From Spirochaetia bacterium (GTDB lineage: Bacteria; Spirochaetota; Spirochaetia; SZUA-6; Bin103), in the NCBI GenBank assembly GCA_965208575.1, contig CBDBOV010000002.1, forward strand, positions 608,001 to 672,000: a DNA stretch of 64,000 nt, written 5' to 3'. This document shows positions 38,743-48,481 of the stretch, in pieces. The notes below the pieces were generated by a model. The model ran no database searches, was not told the origin of the DNA, and saw only the letters and a list, made by a program, of their open reading frames with translations. Within the stretch, counting starts at the first letter, position 1, and each line of letters opens with the position of its first letter. Made by a program: the position numbers and the translations under genes.

Positions 38743-40398
38743 ATGCGTCGAATACTCGTTACCAGCGCGTTGCCGTATGCCAACGGCGCCATCCATCTCG
38801 GCCACCTGTTCGAGCACATCCAGACCGACATCTGGGTGCGCTACCAGCGCATGGCCGGCAACGAGTGCATCTACGTGTGCGCCGACGACGCCCATGGCAC
38901 CGCCACCATGCTGCTCGCCGAGCAGACCGGCACCACCTCGGAGGAGTTGATCGAGCCGCTGCGCGCCGCCCACGCCGACGATTTCCGGCGCTTCCACATC
39001 AGCCACGACAACTACTACAGCACTCACTCGCCCGAGAACGAGCACTACGCGACCCTGATCTACCGCCGCCTGGCGGAGAAGGGATTGATCTTCACCGGCG
39101 AGGTGGAGCAGCTCTACGACCCGGAGCGCGGCCTGTTCCTGGCCGACCGGCACGTGCGCGGCACCTGCCCGCGCTGCGGCGCCGCCGAGCAGCCCGGAGA
39201 CAACTGCGACACCTGCGGCGCCACCTACGATGCCACCGAGCTCGGCGAGCCGCGCTCGCTGCTGTCCGACGCCGCCCCGGTGCGCAAGGCGTCGCTGCAC
39301 TACTTCTTCGACCTGCCGCGGTTCACCGGCTATCTGAAGGAGTGGACCGCCACCGACGCCGTGCAGCCGGAGGTGACCAACAAGCTCGCCGAGTGGCTCG
39401 GCGACGGCCTCAAGCCGTGGGACATCAGCCGCGACGCCCCCTACTTCGGCTTCCGCATCCCGGACACCGAGGACAAGTACTTCTACGTCTGGATGGACGC
39501 ACCGATCGGCTACATCGCCAGCTTCCGCAACTACTGCGATCGCACCGAGGGGCTCTCCTTCGACGACTTCTGGAGCCCCGGCAGCAGCGCCGAGGTGCAC
39601 CACTTCATCGGCAAGGACATCATCAACTTCCACGCCCTGTTCTGGCCGTCGGTGCTGTCCGGCGCAGACTTCCGCACCCCGACCAGGGTGCGCACGCACG
39701 GCTTCATTACCGTCGGCGGCACCCGCATGTCCAAGTCGCGCGGCACCTTCATCAACGCTTCCACCTATCTCGATCACCTCGACCCCGAGTACCTGCGCTA
39801 CTACTTCGCCACCAAGCTGGCGCCCAACACCGACGACGTCGACGTGAACCTGGACGACTTCGTGCAGCGGGTGAACTCCGACCTGGTGGGCAAGGTGGTC
39901 AACATCGCCTCCCGCTGCGCCGGCTTCATTGCAAAGCAGTTCGACGGCAGGCTCGCGGGGGCGATCCACGACCGGGAATTGTGGGGCGAGGTCTCCGGCG
40001 CCGGCGAGCGCATCGGCGAGTTGTACGAGAGCGGCGACGTGAGCCGGGCGGTGCGCGAGATCACCGCGCTCGCCGACCGCACCAACGCCTACATCGCCGA
40101 CCGCGAGCCGTGGAAGCACGCCAGGGATCCGGAGCGCCGCGAAGAGGTGCACGGCGTCTGCTCGCTCGGCATCAACGCCTTCCGCGCGCTCATGGGCTAC
40201 CTGAAGCCGATCCTGCCGGCCATGGCCGCCCGCGCGGAGGCGTTCCTGAACAGCGGCGAGCTGACCTGGGCCGACGCCGCCGAGCCGCTGCTCGACCACC
40301 CGATCGCCAGGTTCAAGCCGCTGATCACCCGCATGGACCGCAAGGAGATCGACAAGGTAGTCGAAGCCACCAAGGCCGAGCCCGACGTCCACCACTAG
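38743..40398 (+). CDS. metG: Methionine--tRNA ligase (no C-terminal tRNA-binding domain)
   Basis: ALPYANG.IHLGH, Zn knuckles CPRC/CDTC, WDISRDAPYFG, YVWMDAPIGY, FIGKDI, RMSKS. Confidence 0.95.
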   Translation: MRRILVTSALPYANGAIHLGHLFEHIQTDIWVRYQRMAGNECIYVCADDAHGTATMLLAEQTGTTSEELIEPLRAAHADDFRRFHISHDNYYSTHSPENEHYATLIYRRLAEKGLIFTGEVEQLYDPERGLFLADRHVRGTCPRCGAAEQPGDNCDTCGATYDATELGEPRSLLSDAAPVRKASLHYFFDLPRFTGYLKEWTATDAVQPEVTNKLAEWLGDGLKPWDISRDAPYFGFRIPDTEDKYFYVWMDAPIGYIASFRNYCDRTEGLSFDDFWSPGSSAEVHHFIGKDIINFHALFWPSVLSGADFRTPTRVRTHGFITVGGTRMSKSRGTFINASTYLDHLDPEYLRYYFATKLAPNTDDVDVNLDDFVQRVNSDLVGKVVNIASRCAGFIAKQFDGRLAGAIHDRELWGEVSGAGERIGELYESGDVSRAVREITALADRTNAYIADREPWKHARDPERREEVHGVCSLGINAFRALMGYLKPILPAMAARAEAFLNSGELTWADAAEPLLDHPIARFKPLITRMDRKEIDKVVEATKAEPDVHH

Positions 40399-40448
40399 CG
40401 CCCCGAGATCGCCGCCCGCGGCGGCGCTGCCGGCGCAACCAGCCTGCC

Positions 40449-40997
40449 TCAGGTCTCTTCGAGCAGGGCGGCGAGCCGGCGGACGGTGTTGTGGTTGCGG
40501 ATGGTGACCTGCTGGTAGATGGGGTGCGCCGGCAGCTTGACGAAGGCGGAGCGGGTGACACGCGTCTTCTCCGCTGACCAGAAGACTGCCCCGGGACCGG
40601 CTGCAACCGTTTCCAGCTCCTCCTTGATGGGTGGGATGCTTGCCAGCACTTGCGCCGGCGTCGTTCCGGCGAGGGTGAACAGGGCGTTGTGACGCCAGGC
40701 GGGATCCTTGCCCCAGGTGACCGGCGCGGCATTGAGGAGGGCGCGGTAGTCGGCGTATGACAGCACGACGGCGCGCGCCGCGTAGGCGAAGCGCTCGGAC
40801 AGGCCCGCTTCGACACGCGCGGTCAGTTGCTGCTTCTCCCCCGAGCGCGCCCGGAACACGATGTTCCCGCTTTGGATGTAGGTACGCACGTTGCTGAAGC
40901 CCAGGTCCTCGAAGCAGCGGCGCAGGTCGTCCTTGGCGATGATGTTGTTGCCGCCGACGTTGATGCCGCGCAGCAACGCGAGGTAGCGCTCGGCCAT
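40449..40997 (-). CDS. DUF1697 family protein
   Basis: YLALLRGINVGG.N, V.TYIQSGN, TIRN.NT. Confidence 0.9.
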   Translation of the reverse strand: MAERYLALLRGINVGGNNIIAKDDLRRCFEDLGFSNVRTYIQSGNIVFRARSGEKQQLTARVEAGLSERFAYAARAVVLSYADYRALLNAAPVTWGKDPAWRHNALFTLAGTTPAQVLASIPPIKEELETVAAGPGAVFWSAEKTRVTRSAFVKLPAHPIYQQVTIRNHNTVRRLAALLEET

Positions 40998-41094
40998 TGC
41001 TACCCGACCCGGGCCACACCGGCGACGCTCGGTCCGCCAGTAGCCACGCAGCCGCAGCCGGCGCCGGGGCAGTTCGGGACGATGACGCTGCTTC

Positions 41095-41466
41095 TCACCG
41101 CGTCTCCTGTTCCCTGGCCTTGGCCGCCGCCCAGATCCGCTTCGCGTCCTCCGTGGTCACCTCGGTGCCGTCGAACACGAACGGCTTGCGGCGCCGCATC
41201 TTGGCCACCACGCCGTCGAACACCTCGTGCGCTGCAAAGTGCCCGCTGCGTTCCGCCAGCAGCGCGCACATCACCACGTCCCACAGCAGGTCGCCCAACT
41301 CCTCCTTGAGGTTGTCGCGGTCCCCGTTGGCAATCGCGAGCAGCACCTCGTCCGCCTCCGAACGCAGTTCGCGAGCGTAGCGTTCCGCGGTCTGCGCCGT
41401 GGTCCACGGGCATCGTGCCAGCACCTTGCGCGCGGCGTCGGCAAGGCCGGCGAAGCTCTCCGTCAT
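41095..41466 (-). CDS. Single-domain MazG nucleotide pyrophosphohydrolase
   Basis: CPW..QT, E..E, EELGDLL, K.RRR.P.VF. Confidence 0.88.
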   Translation of the reverse strand: MTESFAGLADAARKVLARCPWTTAQTAERYARELRSEADEVLLAIANGDRDNLKEELGDLLWDVVMCALLAERSGHFAAHEVFDGVVAKMRRRKPFVFDGTEVTTEDAKRIWAAAKAREQETR

Positions 41467-41633
41467 CGCCGAGCAACCGGCGGTCCGAGGTGGTTCCATC
41501 ATCATGTGCCGAGCATCATAGCGGGCTTGCGGAAATCACTCACGGGTGTGCCCGCCAAGAGTCATCTGCCGGCGCGGGCTCGTTCGGTGGCTAGCGGCGT
41601 CCATCGCCTGCGGCGACAGAAGGGGCCGGTATC

Positions 41634-42431
41634 TCACCAGTCATCCTTGCGCGCGCGCGCCTCGTACAACAGGATCGCCGCCGCTGCCGCCACGTTCAGG
41701 GAGTCGGCGGCGCCGAGCATCGGAATCGCGACACGGCGAAAGCCCTGCTCCGTCCACGCCGGGGACAGGCCGAACCGCTCGCTGCCGAAGACCAACGCGG
41801 TGCGCCCTCGGACATCGAGCTGCCGGTAGTGCCCGCCGCCGCCGGGAGCAACGAGGTGGACAGCGCAGCCGTGCTCCCGGAGCCACGCAATCGCATCCTC
41901 CGCGCGGGTGAATTCGACCTGCGGTACCTTCAGGCTCATGCCGTGGCTGGCGCGGAACACCTGCGGGTGGCTCACACGTGCGCGCCCAGTCGTGATCATC
42001 ACCAGATCGACACCAGCGCCGTCCGCGGTGCGCAGCAGGGTGCCGAGATTGCCCGGGTTCTCCAGGCCGTCGGCAACCGCGATCAGCGCCCGTTCGCCGA
42101 CGCGCACCTCATCAAGCGACCATCGCGGCACGCGCACCACGGCAAGGAGCCCCTCGGGAGCGTCCCGCTCAGTGACGCGGTGCATACTCCTGGCCGATAG
42201 CTGATACGCGGACGCGGCGCGTTCGGCGGCCGCTGCCGCGCACGACCGCGCGCTGTCCGAGTGGATCAGTTCAGGACAGCAGAAGAACCGGTCGATCGGG
42301 GTCCCGAGTCGCAGCACCAGTTGCACGGCCCACAGCCCCTCGGCCGCCACCCGGCTGTCTACCGACGCCACGCTGCCGCGCCGGATGCGCAGCAGCTCCC
42401 TGAACGCCGGATGCCCTGCTCCGATCGCCAT
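41634..42431 (-). CDS. TrmH/SpoU family RNA methyltransferase
   Basis: NPGNLGTLLRTA.GAG, RAS.G, VFGSE..GL, IPM.G..DSLNVA. Confidence 0.92.
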   Translation of the reverse strand: MAIGAGHPAFRELLRIRRGSVASVDSRVAAEGLWAVQLVLRLGTPIDRFFCCPELIHSDSARSCAAAAAERAASAYQLSARSMHRVTERDAPEGLLAVVRVPRWSLDEVRVGERALIAVADGLENPGNLGTLLRTADGAGVDLVMITTGRARVSHPQVFRASHGMSLKVPQVEFTRAEDAIAWLREHGCAVHLVAPGGGGHYRQLDVRGRTALVFGSERFGLSPAWTEQGFRRVAIPMLGAADSLNVAAAAAILLYEARARKDDW

Positions 42432-42652
42432 GCCGAGCGGCCGGCCGTCACCACCGCTTGCGCGTGCCTCACCGCTCGGCGGCCACTCTCTCAGGGCCAC
42501 CGATCGCCACCCGCGATGGCACGACCGACCCCGGGTCGGCTCCCCAGGGGCGTCTCGGAAGCCGCTCGCTTCATCGTTCCGGTGTCACGGAGACCGGGCC
42601 GTGCGTGCCGCTTGGACGCCGCGCCGCCGGCGGCGGAAGGGATCGAAGGTAC

Positions 42653-43537
42653 CTACCGGCCACTACGGGCGCATACCTCGGTGAGCGCGGCGACGGTGGT
42701 TTCCAGGGTGCGCGAGCGGTCCACCGCCTCCTCCGGCTCGTCGGCGAACGGGGTGGCGGACAGCAGTTCGTACAGGGCGGCGGCGCCGCGGTGGAAGTCG
42801 CCCGGTACGCCGACAGATTCGAAGGTGGCGGCGATCTGGCGCATCTCCTCGATCCAGCGCGGCGCCTTGGCGGGCAGGCCGGGCAGGGAGCGCCGCATTG
42901 ATGCGTAGGTGGCGGCCTGGCTCTCGGCCAGCTCGGCGGCGAGCGCTTCGTCGACGCCGAGCCGGCTGGCGGCGGCGAGCTGGGCGAACTGCAGCGCCGA
43001 GGTGCCCTTGGTGACCGCGGCGTAGCACATCTTGAGGGCGGACGCACGCCCGATCGCGCCGCCGATGTCGCGCACCACGAGGCCGCCGCCCTCCAGCGGA
43101 GCAAGCAGGCGGGCGTCCGGGCCGCAGGCGTAGAAACGCGGACCGCGACCGTTGGCCGGCGGCCCGCCGATGATGCCGGCGTCGATGTACGGGGCGCGGG
43201 CGGCTCCGATCAGCTCCGCGATGCGTTCCGTGGTCGCGGGGGCGATCGCGTTGCAGTCGGCGTAGGGCGGGGTGGCGCCGGCCGCGGTCATCGCGGCCGC
43301 CACCTCCCGAGCGGCCGCCACGGCGGCGGCCGGCGGCATGATCGACAGCACCAGGTCGGCCTGCGCCACCAGCGCGGCGATGCTGCCGGTGTCGCGGATG
43401 CCGGCCCGTGCGGCCAGGCCGCGGGTGCGGGCCGACCGCCCGGCGAGCGAGGTAACCACGTCGAACCCGCGGCTGCCGAGCAGCCGCCCGACGGCGTGCC
43501 CCATGTTGCCGGGACTGACGATCGCTATGGTCTTCAA
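42653..43537 (-). CDS. NAD(P)-dependent oxidoreductase (6PGD/DUF1932-like)
   Basis: IAIVSPGNMG, DCNAIAP, DAGIIGGPP, ASALKMCYA..TKG, RWIEEM; TTG start with AGGAGG RBS. Confidence 0.85.
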   Translation of the reverse strand: MKTIAIVSPGNMGHAVGRLLGSRGFDVVTSLAGRSARTRGLAARAGIRDTGSIAALVAQADLVLSIMPPAAAVAAAREVAAAMTAAGATPPYADCNAIAPATTERIAELIGAARAPYIDAGIIGGPPANGRGPRFYACGPDARLLAPLEGGGLVVRDIGGAIGRASALKMCYAAVTKGTSALQFAQLAAASRLGVDEALAAELAESQAATYASMRRSLPGLPAKAPRWIEEMRQIAATFESVGVPGDFHRGAAALYELLSATPFADEPEEAVDRSRTLETTVAALTEVCARSGR

Positions 43538-43673
43538 GACGAGCCTCCTGGTAGCAGAACAAATGCGTTTCAACCGCCACCGCGCCGCCGGCACCGCGCC
43601 TACGGCGCCTGCGCTTCGGATCGTACGCGGCGCCGGCGGTTGCGTCACGCGCCGCGCTGCGGGCCGGGCGGCG

Positions 43674-44105
43674 TCAATCTTCGTCACCCGGTTGGCCGCG
43701 CCGGCGCTTTACGGCGGCGCGGCGCGCCTTGTCCTGCAGGCGCCGCTCGCGGGCGGCGCGGGTGGGGCGGGTCGCCTGCCGGGGCCTCGGTTCGGCGAGC
43801 GCCTGCCCGACGAGGGCCGCCAGCCGCTCGCGCGCATCGCGGCGGTTCGCCTCCTGGGTGCGAAACCGGCGCGCCGTGATCACCAGGATGCCGTCGGCGG
43901 TCACGCGCCTGCCCGCGATGCGCAGCAGGCGCGTGCGCACCTCCGGCGGCAGCGATGGCGAACCGGTCGCGTCGAAGCGGAGCTGCACCGTGGTGGCCAC
44001 CTTGTTCACGTTCTGGCCGCCCGGACCGCCGCTCTGGATGAACCGCTCCTCGAGTTCCTCCTCCGGGATGGCAACGCCCGGCGCAACCTGCACCATGGCT
44101 GTCAT
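43674..44105 (-). CDS. arfB: Alternative ribosome-rescue peptidyl-tRNA hydrolase ArfB
   Basis: SGGPGGQNVNKV, R.Q..NR, basic C-tail ATRPT. Confidence 0.93.
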   Translation of the reverse strand: MTAMVQVAPGVAIPEEELEERFIQSGGPGGQNVNKVATTVQLRFDATGSPSLPPEVRTRLLRIAGRRVTADGILVITARRFRTQEANRRDARERLAALVGQALAEPRPRQATRPTRAARERRLQDKARRAAVKRRRGQPGDED

Positions 44106-44155
44106 TGATTACCATCGGGCGCCCGCGCAGCAAGGGCGCGCAGTATATTCCCGCC

Positions 44156-45118
44156 ATGCCGAATCTGGTCGAAGCGAGCGGCCTGGTGAAGCGGTACCGG
44201 GAGGTCACCGCGCTGGACCGATTGGACCTGGCGGTGGCCGAGGGCTCGGTGCTGGGCCTGCTCGGTCCCAACGGGGCGGGCAAGACCACCGCGGTGTCGA
44301 TCCTGGCGACCCTGCTGGAGCCGGATGCCGGCAACGCGCACGTGGCGGGCGTGGACGTGGTGGCCAACCCGCGCGAGGTACGCCGGCGCATCGGGCTGTC
44401 CGGCCAGTTCGCGGCCGTGGATGAGCACCTCACCGGGTTCGAGAACCTGGTCATGGTCGGCCGGCTCTATCACCTGGGCCGGGGGCGCGCCCGCGACCGT
44501 GCAGCGGAGCTGCTGGAGCTGTTCGACCTGGCCGATGCCGGCGGGCGTCCGGTCAAGACCTGGTCCGGCGGCATGCGGCGCCGCCTCGACCTGGCCGGCG
44601 CCCTGGTGGCCGCGCCGCCGGTCCTGTTCCTGGACGAGCCCACCACCGGCCTCGATCCGTACGGCCGCCGCCAACTCTGGGAAGTGATCCGCGCCATGGT
44701 GGGCGGCGGCACCACGGTGCTGCTCACCACCCAGTACCTGGAGGAGGCGGACCAGCTCGCCGACCGCATCCTGGTGATCGACCACGGGAAGGCGATCGCC
44801 GAGGGCACCGCGGACGAGCTGAAGAGCCGGGTCGGCGCGGAACGGATCGAGGTCACCGTGTCGGACGCCGCGGTCCTGGAGCAGGCGCGGCGGGTGCTGG
44901 CCCGCTTCGCGGTGGGTGAGCAACGGGCCGACACCCGTTCGCGCTCGCTGATCACGCCGATCGCCGGCGGTGCGCCGGTGCTCACTGCGGCGTTGCACGA
45001 ACTGCAGCGGGCCCGGATAGCGGTGCGCGACGTCGGCCTGCGCCGGCCGACGCTCGACGACGTGTTCCTGACCCTGACCGGCCACGTGTCGGCCCCGGAG
45101 GAGGAGAGCGCCGAATGA
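44156..45118 (+). CDS. DrrA-like ABC-2 exporter ATPase
   Basis: GPNGAGKTT, SGGMRRRLDLA, FLDEPTTGLDP, LTTQYLEEAD. Confidence 0.92.
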   Translation: MPNLVEASGLVKRYREVTALDRLDLAVAEGSVLGLLGPNGAGKTTAVSILATLLEPDAGNAHVAGVDVVANPREVRRRIGLSGQFAAVDEHLTGFENLVMVGRLYHLGRGRARDRAAELLELFDLADAGGRPVKTWSGGMRRRLDLAGALVAAPPVLFLDEPTTGLDPYGRRQLWEVIRAMVGGGTTVLLTTQYLEEADQLADRILVIDHGKAIAEGTADELKSRVGAERIEVTVSDAAVLEQARRVLARFAVGEQRADTRSRSLITPIAGGAPVLTAALHELQRARIAVRDVGLRRPTLDDVFLTLTGHVSAPEEESAE

Positions 45119-46002
45119 GTCAGCACGGTCACTCCGTGACGCGGAAGAGGACGAACACCGACGCGCAGGCATCGTCAGCCGGCCGGCTCGTTCGGATCAG
45201 GGGCCTGGTGTACGCGGTCAACGATGCCGCGGTAATCGCCTGGCGCAACGTGATAAAGATCAAGCGGGTTCCCGACATGCTGGTGTACGTGGTGCTGTCG
45301 CCGATCATGTTCGTGCTGCTGTTCGCTTACGTGTTCGGTGGTTCCATCGCCATCCCCGGCGGCTCCTACCGCGAATTTCTGATCGCCGGGATCTTCGTGC
45401 AGACCGTCGTGTTCGGGGCGAGCCTCACCGGCGCCGGCCTGGCCGAGGACATTCAGAAGGGCATCATCAACCGCTTCCGGGCGCTGCCGATGTCGCGCGG
45501 TGCACTGCTGGTGGGGCGCACGGTGAGCGACGTGGTGTACAACGCGCTGTCGCTCTTGATCATGGCGCTGACCGGGCTGGTGGTCGGCTGGGGGATCAGC
45601 TCATCGGTGCTGGACGCCGCGGCAGGATTCGGGTTGCTGCTGCTGTTCGCGTACGCGTTCTCGTGGGTAATGGCCTATATCGGACTGCTGGTGCCGAGCG
45701 TCGAGGTGATCAGCAACGCCTCGTTCATGGTGATCATGCCGTTTACCTTCGTTGCCAACACGTTCGTGCCGGCCGAGAACCTGCCGCCGGTGCTGCGCAC
45801 CTTCGCACTGTGGAACCCGGTGTCCGCGGTCACCCAGGCCTCCCGCGAGTTGTTCGGCAACATCCCGCCCGGTAGCGCGCCGCCGGAGGCGTGGCCGCTG
45901 CAGCACCCGGTGCTCTACACGCTGCTGTGGACTGTGCTCCTGATCGTGGTGTTCGCCCCGCTGGCCGTGCACCGCTACCGCACCAGCGGCCGCCGCTCCT
46001 GA
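45115..46002 (+). CDS. DrrB-like ABC-2 permease
   Basis: PIMFVLLF.YVFGG, G...RFR.LPM, WNPVS. Confidence 0.9.
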   Translation: MSQHGHSVTRKRTNTDAQASSAGRLVRIRGLVYAVNDAAVIAWRNVIKIKRVPDMLVYVVLSPIMFVLLFAYVFGGSIAIPGGSYREFLIAGIFVQTVVFGASLTGAGLAEDIQKGIINRFRALPMSRGALLVGRTVSDVVYNALSLLIMALTGLVVGWGISSSVLDAAAGFGLLLLFAYAFSWVMAYIGLLVPSVEVISNASFMVIMPFTFVANTFVPAENLPPVLRTFALWNPVSAVTQASRELFGNIPPGSAPPEAWPLQHPVLYTLLWTVLLIVVFAPLAVHRYRTSGRRS

Positions 46003-46027
46003 GCCCTCGCGCCTGCGGCCGCTCGCC

Positions 46028-46435
46028 TCAGCGGCGCCGGCGCAGAAATTTCAGGGCTGACCAGTCGCGATCCACCGCGCACACCTTGACGTCGACGAAT
46101 TCGGTGCGCAGCCCGATCGCGCGCACGCCGTCCGCGGTCAGGTCGCCGGCCAGCGGCGAGCTCTTCTTCGGCCACGAGATCCACAGCATGCCGCCGTCGG
46201 CCACGTGGCCGGCAAGGGTGTCGAACCTCGCCGCCAATTCCGCCCGCGAGTCGGTGAAGAGGTGAAGGTAGTCGAACGTGCCGCGCAGGTCGGCGGTGAT
46301 GTCGAACCGCTCAACGCCGTCGAGCAGCGCGCGGAACCCGTCCGGCTCGTGCAGAAGGCAGACGCGCAGGCCCGGGCGCAGCCCGAGCTTGCGCACGAGC
46401 GGGGTGCCGGAGTATCCCGCCGAGCCCTTCGCCAT
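46028..46435 (-). CDS. DUF3052-like protein
   Basis: AGYSGTPL..KLG, W.SWPKK.S, VDVKVCAVD..WS.LKF. Confidence 0.8.
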   Translation of the reverse strand: MAKGSAGYSGTPLVRKLGLRPGLRVCLLHEPDGFRALLDGVERFDITADLRGTFDYLHLFTDSRAELAARFDTLAGHVADGGMLWISWPKKSSPLAGDLTADGVRAIGLRTEFVDVKVCAVDRDWSALKFLRRRR

Positions 46436-46447
46436 GCCGCGCACCCT

Positions 46448-47114
46448 TCAGTTGTCGCTGCGGATCTCGGCCTGCAGGTGGTCGACCGATCCGACGCTGG
46501 CGAACTCCGTGTAGCGGGGAGCGCCCCCCGTCATGCGCCCGCGCGGCCAGTGGATCAGCTCGCTGATGCTGGCGTTGGCGATCGGGAAATCGTGCAGCAC
46601 CGGGGTGCCGGGCGTGATGCCGATCGCCCACCGCATCGTGACGTCGATGGTGCCGGCATGGGAGACGATGGCCACCTGCTCACCGACATGACGGGCGACA
46701 ATCTCGTCGGTCACCGCCATCACCCGCTCGGCGAACTCCCGTATCGTCTCACCGTCGGAGGCCAGTTTGCGGTCCGGGTGCCACGCCAGCAGGTCGTCGC
46801 GCCGCTCGCGCAGTTGATCCATGGTGAGGTGAGGATCGGTAACGCTGCCGAAGCGGTACTCTATGAGGCGTGCGTCGATCGTCACCGGCAGTCCGGTGGC
46901 GGCGCCGACCTGGTTTGCGGTCTCGCGCGCCCGAGTCGCAGGGCTGGCGTAGATGGCGGCCGTTGCACGCGCGTGCGGCGCACGCGCGTGCAACGGCCGC
47001 GGCCTGCGCCTTGCCGGGCGCCGACAGCGGCGCGTCGTCGTAGCTGGTGCCCCGGGCATTGCGCGCCTGCGCGTGGCGCACCAGGAACAGCCGGATGCTG
47101 GGAAACTGGTTCAC
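46448..47114 (-). pseudogene. Histidine phosphatase family protein, frameshifted
   Basis: LFLVRHA...N and LS..G.AQA in one frame; IYASP..RA.ETA, E..FG, VSHAG in another; 667-bp span (3n+1). Confidence 0.82.
46956..47000. repeat. Perfect 21-bp inverted repeat with 3-nt loop
   Basis: GCGGCCGTTGCACGCGCGTGC-GGC-GCACGCGCGTGCAACGGCCGC. Confidence 0.95.
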
Positions 47115-47194
47115 GGCGCCGCGGATGATAGCAGGTGAACGCACCGCCGTGCACACCGTGGGCCGACCCGATGACTGTCGACCGCGACGACGGC

Positions 47195-48385
47195 CTACGA
47201 GAGCGAGGTGAGGGCGGCGCCGGCGGCGGCGCCGATCAGCACCACCAGCCACGGCGGCACCTTCCACCAGGCCAGCATCGCGAACGCGGCCAGAGCGAGC
47301 GCAAGGTCGGCGGGACGGACGATGGCGGATACCCATACCGGGTCATAGAGCGCCGCCAGCAGCAGGCCGACCACCGCGGCGTTGATGCCGGCCAGGGCGG
47401 CGCGGAACCGGTGGTCGGCGCGCAGCCGTTGCCACAGCGGAAGCACGCCGACCAGCAGCAGGAACGAGGGCAGAAAGATCGCCGCCAGCGCGTACACGCC
47501 GCCGGTCCAGCCGCTCGGCGGTCCGGCCATCACGGTGCCCAGGTAGGCGGAGAAGGTGAACAGCGGCCCCGGCACCGCCTGCGCCATGCCGTAGCCGGCG
47601 ATGAACTGGTCCCGCGTGACCCAGCCCGGCGGAACCACCTCCGCCTCCAGCAACGGCAGCACCACGTGCCCGCCGCCGAACACCAGCGCACCGGCGCGGT
47701 AGAAGCCGTCGAACACGCGCAGCCACTCGCTGTCGACCACCTGCCGGGCTACCGGCAGCCCGGCCAGCAGCAGGAAGAACCCGGCGAGCCCCACGACGGT
47801 GCCCAGCGCGCCGCCGCCGGCGGTGGTGCGCGGCGCCGCCGCGGCGGGCGTGCCCTCCGACAGCAGCAGCACGCCGGCCCCGCCGGCCGCGGCGATCACC
47901 AGCACCTGCGTCAGCGGGGTGCGCCAGAACAGCATGGCGCCGGCCGTGACGATGGCCAGCGACGCGCGCGTACGGTCGGGCGTCAGGTTGCGCGCCATGC
48001 CGTACACGGCGAACGCGACCACCGCCACGGCAACCGCCTTCAGCCCGCGCAGCCAGCCTCCGTCCGCCAGTCCGTCGAAGGCGGCCACGCCGTACCCGAA
48101 CGCGATCAGCAGCACGGCCGACGGCAGGGTGAAGCCGAGCCACGCCGCGACCCCGCCGGCGAAGCCGGCGCGGGTCATCCCCACCGCCATGCCGACCTGG
48201 CTGCTGGCCGGACCCGGCAGGAACTGGCACAGCGCGACCAGGTCCGCGTAGGCGCCGTCGGTCAGCCACTTGCGCCTGGCGACGTACTCGTCGCGGAAAT
48301 ACCCCAGGTGAGCCACCGGCCCGCCAAACGAGGTCAGTCCGAGCTTCAGGGCCACGAGCAGAACTTCCAACAAGCGTGCGATCAT
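47195..48385 (-). CDS. chrA: Chromate efflux transporter
   Basis: SFGGP.AH, QFLPGP.SSQ, FGGGHVVLP, AQAVPGPLF. Confidence 0.93.
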   Translation of the reverse strand: MIARLLEVLLVALKLGLTSFGGPVAHLGYFRDEYVARRKWLTDGAYADLVALCQFLPGPASSQVGMAVGMTRAGFAGGVAAWLGFTLPSAVLLIAFGYGVAAFDGLADGGWLRGLKAVAVAVVAFAVYGMARNLTPDRTRASLAIVTAGAMLFWRTPLTQVLVIAAAGGAGVLLLSEGTPAAAAPRTTAGGGALGTVVGLAGFFLLLAGLPVARQVVDSEWLRVFDGFYRAGALVFGGGHVVLPLLEAEVVPPGWVTRDQFIAGYGMAQAVPGPLFTFSAYLGTVMAGPPSGWTGGVYALAAIFLPSFLLLVGVLPLWQRLRADHRFRAALAGINAAVVGLLLAALYDPVWVSAIVRPADLALALAAFAMLAWWKVPPWLVVLIGAAAGAALTSLS

Positions 48386-48481
48386 GTGCGGCTGCCGGTT
48401 GCGCCCGACGGTAGCCGCCGCGGCGCACTCGGTCCAGCGGTCGCCTTCGATGAACGGCCTCTGTTATGGTAGGCGGGTACG

